Assembly: GCA_001002285.1 (NCBI GenBank) | Contig: LCLX01000001.1 | Location: forward strand, 258,302-314,894 | Source: Microgenomates group bacterium GW2011_GWC1_46_15 | Lineage (GTDB): Bacteria; Patescibacteriota; Microgenomatia; UBA1400; UBA12028 | DNA: 56,593 nucleotides | Direction: 5' to 3' | Shown: in pieces, positions 53,784 to 56,593 of the stretch | How positions within the stretch are numbered: the stretch's first letter is position 1 | Layout of the letters: the number at the start of each line of letters is the position of its first letter | Made by a program: the position numbers and the translations under genes | Notes under the pieces: generated by a model | Seen by the model: only the letters and a program-made list of their open reading frames with translations | What the model was told of the DNA's origin: nothing | Databases searched by the model: none

Positions 53784-55049
53784 ATGAGTATGAGATTTAC
53801 GCATTTCACACGTGTTTTTGTGGGCGCCGTAATTTGTTTTGTGGTTTTCTTGTTCGCAGTTACCAGAACATCGGCCATTTTGGAAAATTGTGCGACAATT
53901 GAAGCTTGCAAACAACAGGCCGCTGAGGCCAGTCAAAAAATCGCGGAATCTCAGGGAGTTCAGAAGACACTTTCCGCGACGATTACCTATCTTAACAACC
54001 GTATAAGACTTACCGAAATTGAGATGAGGAGAACACAGCTTGAGATTGATGCGCTTGAAGCTCAGATTGCTGATCTCAACACCCGGATTGACGGTTTAGA
54101 GCTTTCGCTTCAGCGCCTTACCGAAATTCTCCTTGAGCGTGTCCAACAAAACTACAAATTACAAACGCAGGACCCATTTCTTTTGTTGTTAACGTCAAAC
54201 GGTATCAGCGATTTTCTGCATAAGTACCGGTATATCCAGCTTAGTCAAACATATACTCAACGTGTCATGAAAGATGCCGAGTCACAAAAAGTTGCGTACG
54301 GAGAAGAAAAATTAGTGAAGGAGAAAAAACAAAAAGAAGTTGAGGCACTGAGGAAAAAACTTGAGTCTCAACGCGTAACACTCCGCGACCAGCAGAATCA
54401 AAAGACCGCATTGTTGACTGCAACAAAAAACGACGAGAAAAAATATCAAGATTTGCTCGCACGAGCCAAGGCACAGATTGTGGCGTTTAGCCGTTTTGTA
54501 AGTAGCCAGGGTGGCGCGTCGCTTCTCAATAATCAGCCAGGGCCTGATGGGTGGGGATATTATTACAACCAACGAGATGAGAGGTGGGGGAATATCCTTA
54601 TTAACGGACAAACTGATTGTGAGGACGAAAAAGGGAATACAATTCCCTGCACGATGGCAAGATTCGGTTGTCTCGTGTCTTCTATGGCAATGATCGCAAC
54701 GCACTATGGAAAGTCTCTCAATCCTGGACAAATTGCTGAATCATATAGTCCTTTTGACCCCAATACGGCATTTATGATTCGTGACAGGTCGTGGACTGTA
54801 AACGGTGTCACAATGACGCGCACAAGAATTGGAAACTCAAGTTCAGCTATTGATAGTGAACTGAATGCAGGGCGCCCAGTTGTTGTTGGATTGTACTACG
54901 ATCTAGGGCACTTCATCGTGATTAAAGGAAAGGATAGTAATGGATACATTATGAATGATCCATTTATGCCCGGTGGGAAAGACAAAAAATTCACGGATAC
55001 ATACTCACTTTCAGACATTAGAGCGGTTGATAGTGTCCGCGTACAATAA
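53784..55049 (+). CDS. secreted coiled-coil protein with C-terminal peptidase_C39-like (papain-fold) domain; putative FtsEX-controlled peptidoglycan hydrolase
   Basis: Signal/anchor, about 230 aa of coiled coil (EnvC/PcsB-like), then YYNQRDERWG...FGCLVSSMAMIATHYG...GRPVVVGLYYDLGHFIVIKG...IMNDPF (Cys, His, Asn/Asp). Confidence 0.75.
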   Translation: MSMRFTHFTRVFVGAVICFVVFLFAVTRTSAILENCATIEACKQQAAEASQKIAESQGVQKTLSATITYLNNRIRLTEIEMRRTQLEIDALEAQIADLNTRIDGLELSLQRLTEILLERVQQNYKLQTQDPFLLLLTSNGISDFLHKYRYIQLSQTYTQRVMKDAESQKVAYGEEKLVKEKKQKEVEALRKKLESQRVTLRDQQNQKTALLTATKNDEKKYQDLLARAKAQIVAFSRFVSSQGGASLLNNQPGPDGWGYYYNQRDERWGNILINGQTDCEDEKGNTIPCTMARFGCLVSSMAMIATHYGKSLNPGQIAESYSPFDPNTAFMIRDRSWTVNGVTMTRTRIGNSSSAIDSELNAGRPVVVGLYYDLGHFIVIKGKDSNGYIMNDPFMPGGKDKKFTDTYSLSDIRAVDSVRVQ

Positions 55050-55092
55050 CTTTTGTTCGCTGTTTGTTCGATTGGGCGTGTAGTGTGGAAAC

Positions 55093-56262
55093 ATGCGGAC
55101 ATTATTTTTCTTTGCATTGTTTTTCCTTTTCTCTCACATTACATATGCCATTGATGTTGAAGTCTCGGAATTTTTTCCAAATCCGGTTGGCGATGATGTT
55201 GGAAAAGAATGGATTGAACTGCACAATGTTTCAACGCGCGATCTTCAGTTAGACGAGTGGAGTATCGCGGATACGTACGGCACACCACATACATTCGCAT
55301 TACATGGATTGTCGATTTCTGCCGGCGAGTATCTTGTGTTGCCGCAAACACAAACAAGCATAACGTTAAATAACGATGCCGACCAAATCAAGCTAACGGA
55401 TTCTACGGGACAAACTTTTTTGTCAGGAAAAAGCGGTGCGGTGCATGAAGGCATGTCATTTGCAAATGTTTCAGGGGTATGGAAAGAATCATTGCCAAGT
55501 CCGGGTGATGCAAACGAGGTATCTCCTGGTCCAACACCGAGTCCAACGCCATTTCCCTCGCCCTCCCCTTCGCCAAGCGACGAAACAACACAGCCCCTCA
55601 TATATCTTGATCTTTCCGAGTTTTCCGCGTGTAGCGCGGGTGAGGAATGGGTGGAAATCTTTAATCCAAATGATCAAGTGGTTGATCTTTCAAAATGGAG
55701 TATCGGAGATAGTTCGGGGCACGCCGAGTTACTATCGGGATCGATAGACGCGCACGCGTATCTTGTAAAATCATGGTCCCAACCGTTTCTCAACAATGCG
55801 GGAGATAGTGTACGCCTGTTGTATCAAAATGAAGCGATGGACTCATTTACCTACACGCAGTGCACCTCAGGAAAAACATGGGTAAAAAAAGGTGACGGAG
55901 GGTGGGCTCAAACATCGCAAAACACAAAAGGGGTACAAAATAGTGATAGTGCCACCGGTGTGGTACTATCGGCAACGTCATCGGCGTTATCTTCAACGCA
56001 AGCAGCGCAGAAACTTCCACTCACATATGTCCAACCTTTTTCTCAAAAAACCCTTTCGACTCAGCAATACATTTATGCACCCCGCTTATCAAACAACGAA
56101 GAAGTTGTTTTCATAGACAAAGAAAAACCTCGGGAATACTATTCGCGTAACACGCGTACTCCAGTATCATTTCTTTTGTCAACACTCCTCTATTTTTTTG
56201 GCGGAGGCTATTTTGTTGCCGCCGCAGTCATAAAATCTGCATGGTACAATGCTCGAGCATGA
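55093..56262 (+). CDS. tandem lamin-tail-domain (LTD) protein with C-terminal TM anchor
   Basis: Two LTD signatures, SEFFPNPVGDDVGKEWIELHN...LDEWSIAD and SEFSACSAGEEWVEIFNP...LSKWSIGD, separated by PGPTPSPTPFPSPSPSPS. Confidence 0.8.
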   Translation: MRTLFFFALFFLFSHITYAIDVEVSEFFPNPVGDDVGKEWIELHNVSTRDLQLDEWSIADTYGTPHTFALHGLSISAGEYLVLPQTQTSITLNNDADQIKLTDSTGQTFLSGKSGAVHEGMSFANVSGVWKESLPSPGDANEVSPGPTPSPTPFPSPSPSPSDETTQPLIYLDLSEFSACSAGEEWVEIFNPNDQVVDLSKWSIGDSSGHAELLSGSIDAHAYLVKSWSQPFLNNAGDSVRLLYQNEAMDSFTYTQCTSGKTWVKKGDGGWAQTSQNTKGVQNSDSATGVVLSATSSALSSTQAAQKLPLTYVQPFSQKTLSTQQYIYAPRLSNNEEVVFIDKEKPREYYSRNTRTPVSFLLSTLLYFFGGGYFVAAAVIKSAWYNARA

Positions 56263-56593
56263 AAAAATTCTTTTATTTTGACCTTCCCGTCCTCTTGTGG
56301 ATGACATTCATTTTCATTCTCTCTTCCCAACCGCACCTTCCAAGTCCGCAAAACGTTTGGGTGGACTTTATTTTCAAAAAAGGTGCGCATATTTTTGTCT
56401 ATGCTGTACTCTATACACTGAGCTATCGGGCAAACGCCGCACATAGAAAGAAAAAAGGATGGATATTACCGCTTCTTTTTACTTTAGCGTACGCGGCAAG
56501 CGATGAGTTTCATCAATCATTTGTTCCCGGTCGCACTCCGATGATCCGCGACATTGGATTTGATGCGATTGGAGCAGGTATTGCAGTGTATCT
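56259..56593 (+). CDS. VanZ-family membrane protein (3' end lies outside the window)
   Basis: Hand translation MKKFFYFDLPVLLWMTFIFILSSQP...KKGAHIFVYAVL...ASDEFHQSFVPGRTPMIRDIGFDAIGAG, open to the window end. ATGA overlap with the upstream stop. Not in the ORF track because it has no stop. Confidence 0.75.
   Translation, partial: MKKFFYFDLPVLLWMTFIFILSSQPHLPSPQNVWVDFIFKKGAHIFVYAVLYTLSYRANAAHRKKKGWILPLLFTLAYAASDEFHQSFVPGRTPMIRDIGFDAIGAGIAVY

Noticed and set aside
1-56593. Searched by eye for tRNA/rRNA genes, transposase or integrase genes, and UGA recoding.
   Set aside because: No T-loop-like GGTTCGAATCC strings or cloverleaf-sized gaps occur in the intergenic regions, and all intergenic gaps are under 200 nt. 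No DDE or tyrosine-recombinase motifs were seen. RF2 is intact and TGA terminates many well-conserved proteins at the expected length.

Overview
A 56.6-kb, densely packed window with about 55 protein-coding genes. I found no rRNA, tRNA, CRISPR array, transposase or integrase by eye. The gene content suggests a small-genome Patescibacteria/CPR-type bacterium (inference): DUF4012, a lamin-tail-domain protein, several GT-C-like membrane proteins, a compact sugar-phosphate/lower-glycolysis block, short HolA and UvrC, and many membrane-anchored hypotheticals. The standard genetic code appears to apply, because RF2 is present and many genes end in TGA. Recognisable blocks: (1) 1-15.2 kb holds envelope and membrane genes, a DEAD-box helicase, an ATP-grasp protein, NUDIX, UppP, an Nramp transporter, HolA and a GNAT. 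(2) 15.2-21.6 kb is an accessory stretch of surface and coiled-coil proteins plus a Bro-N gene, with extreme local GC swings. (3) 21.7-30.3 kb holds PMM/PGM, PGI/PMI, a HAD hydrolase, PpsA, enolase and GpmI. (4) 30.4-41.1 kb is a DNA-damage block: lexA divergent from uvrB, then dedA, then uvrA, a transglutaminase-like gene, uvrC, a holin-like gene and secG. (5) 41.1-50.3 kb holds a substrate-binding protein, ddl, murF, a hydrolase, a cyclophilin, a GT-C-like protein and DUF4012. (6) 50.4-56.6 kb holds prfB, ftsE, ftsX, a coiled-coil/C39-like hydrolase, a lamin-tail protein and VanZ. The most unusual observations are: a compositionally mosaic three-gene surface-protein cassette sharing a two-cysteine domain; a recurrent -10-hexamer-N6-ATG architecture implying widespread leaderless mRNAs; a transglutaminase-like gene wedged between uvrA and uvrC and dual-coding with the UvrC GIY-YIG motif; two paralogous coiled-coil genes, one built from nine perfect 21-nt heptad repeats, next to lexA and next to a Bro-N gene; and a PcsB-like FtsEX partner carrying a C39-like domain. 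All functional calls come from motif recognition by eye. No searches were run.
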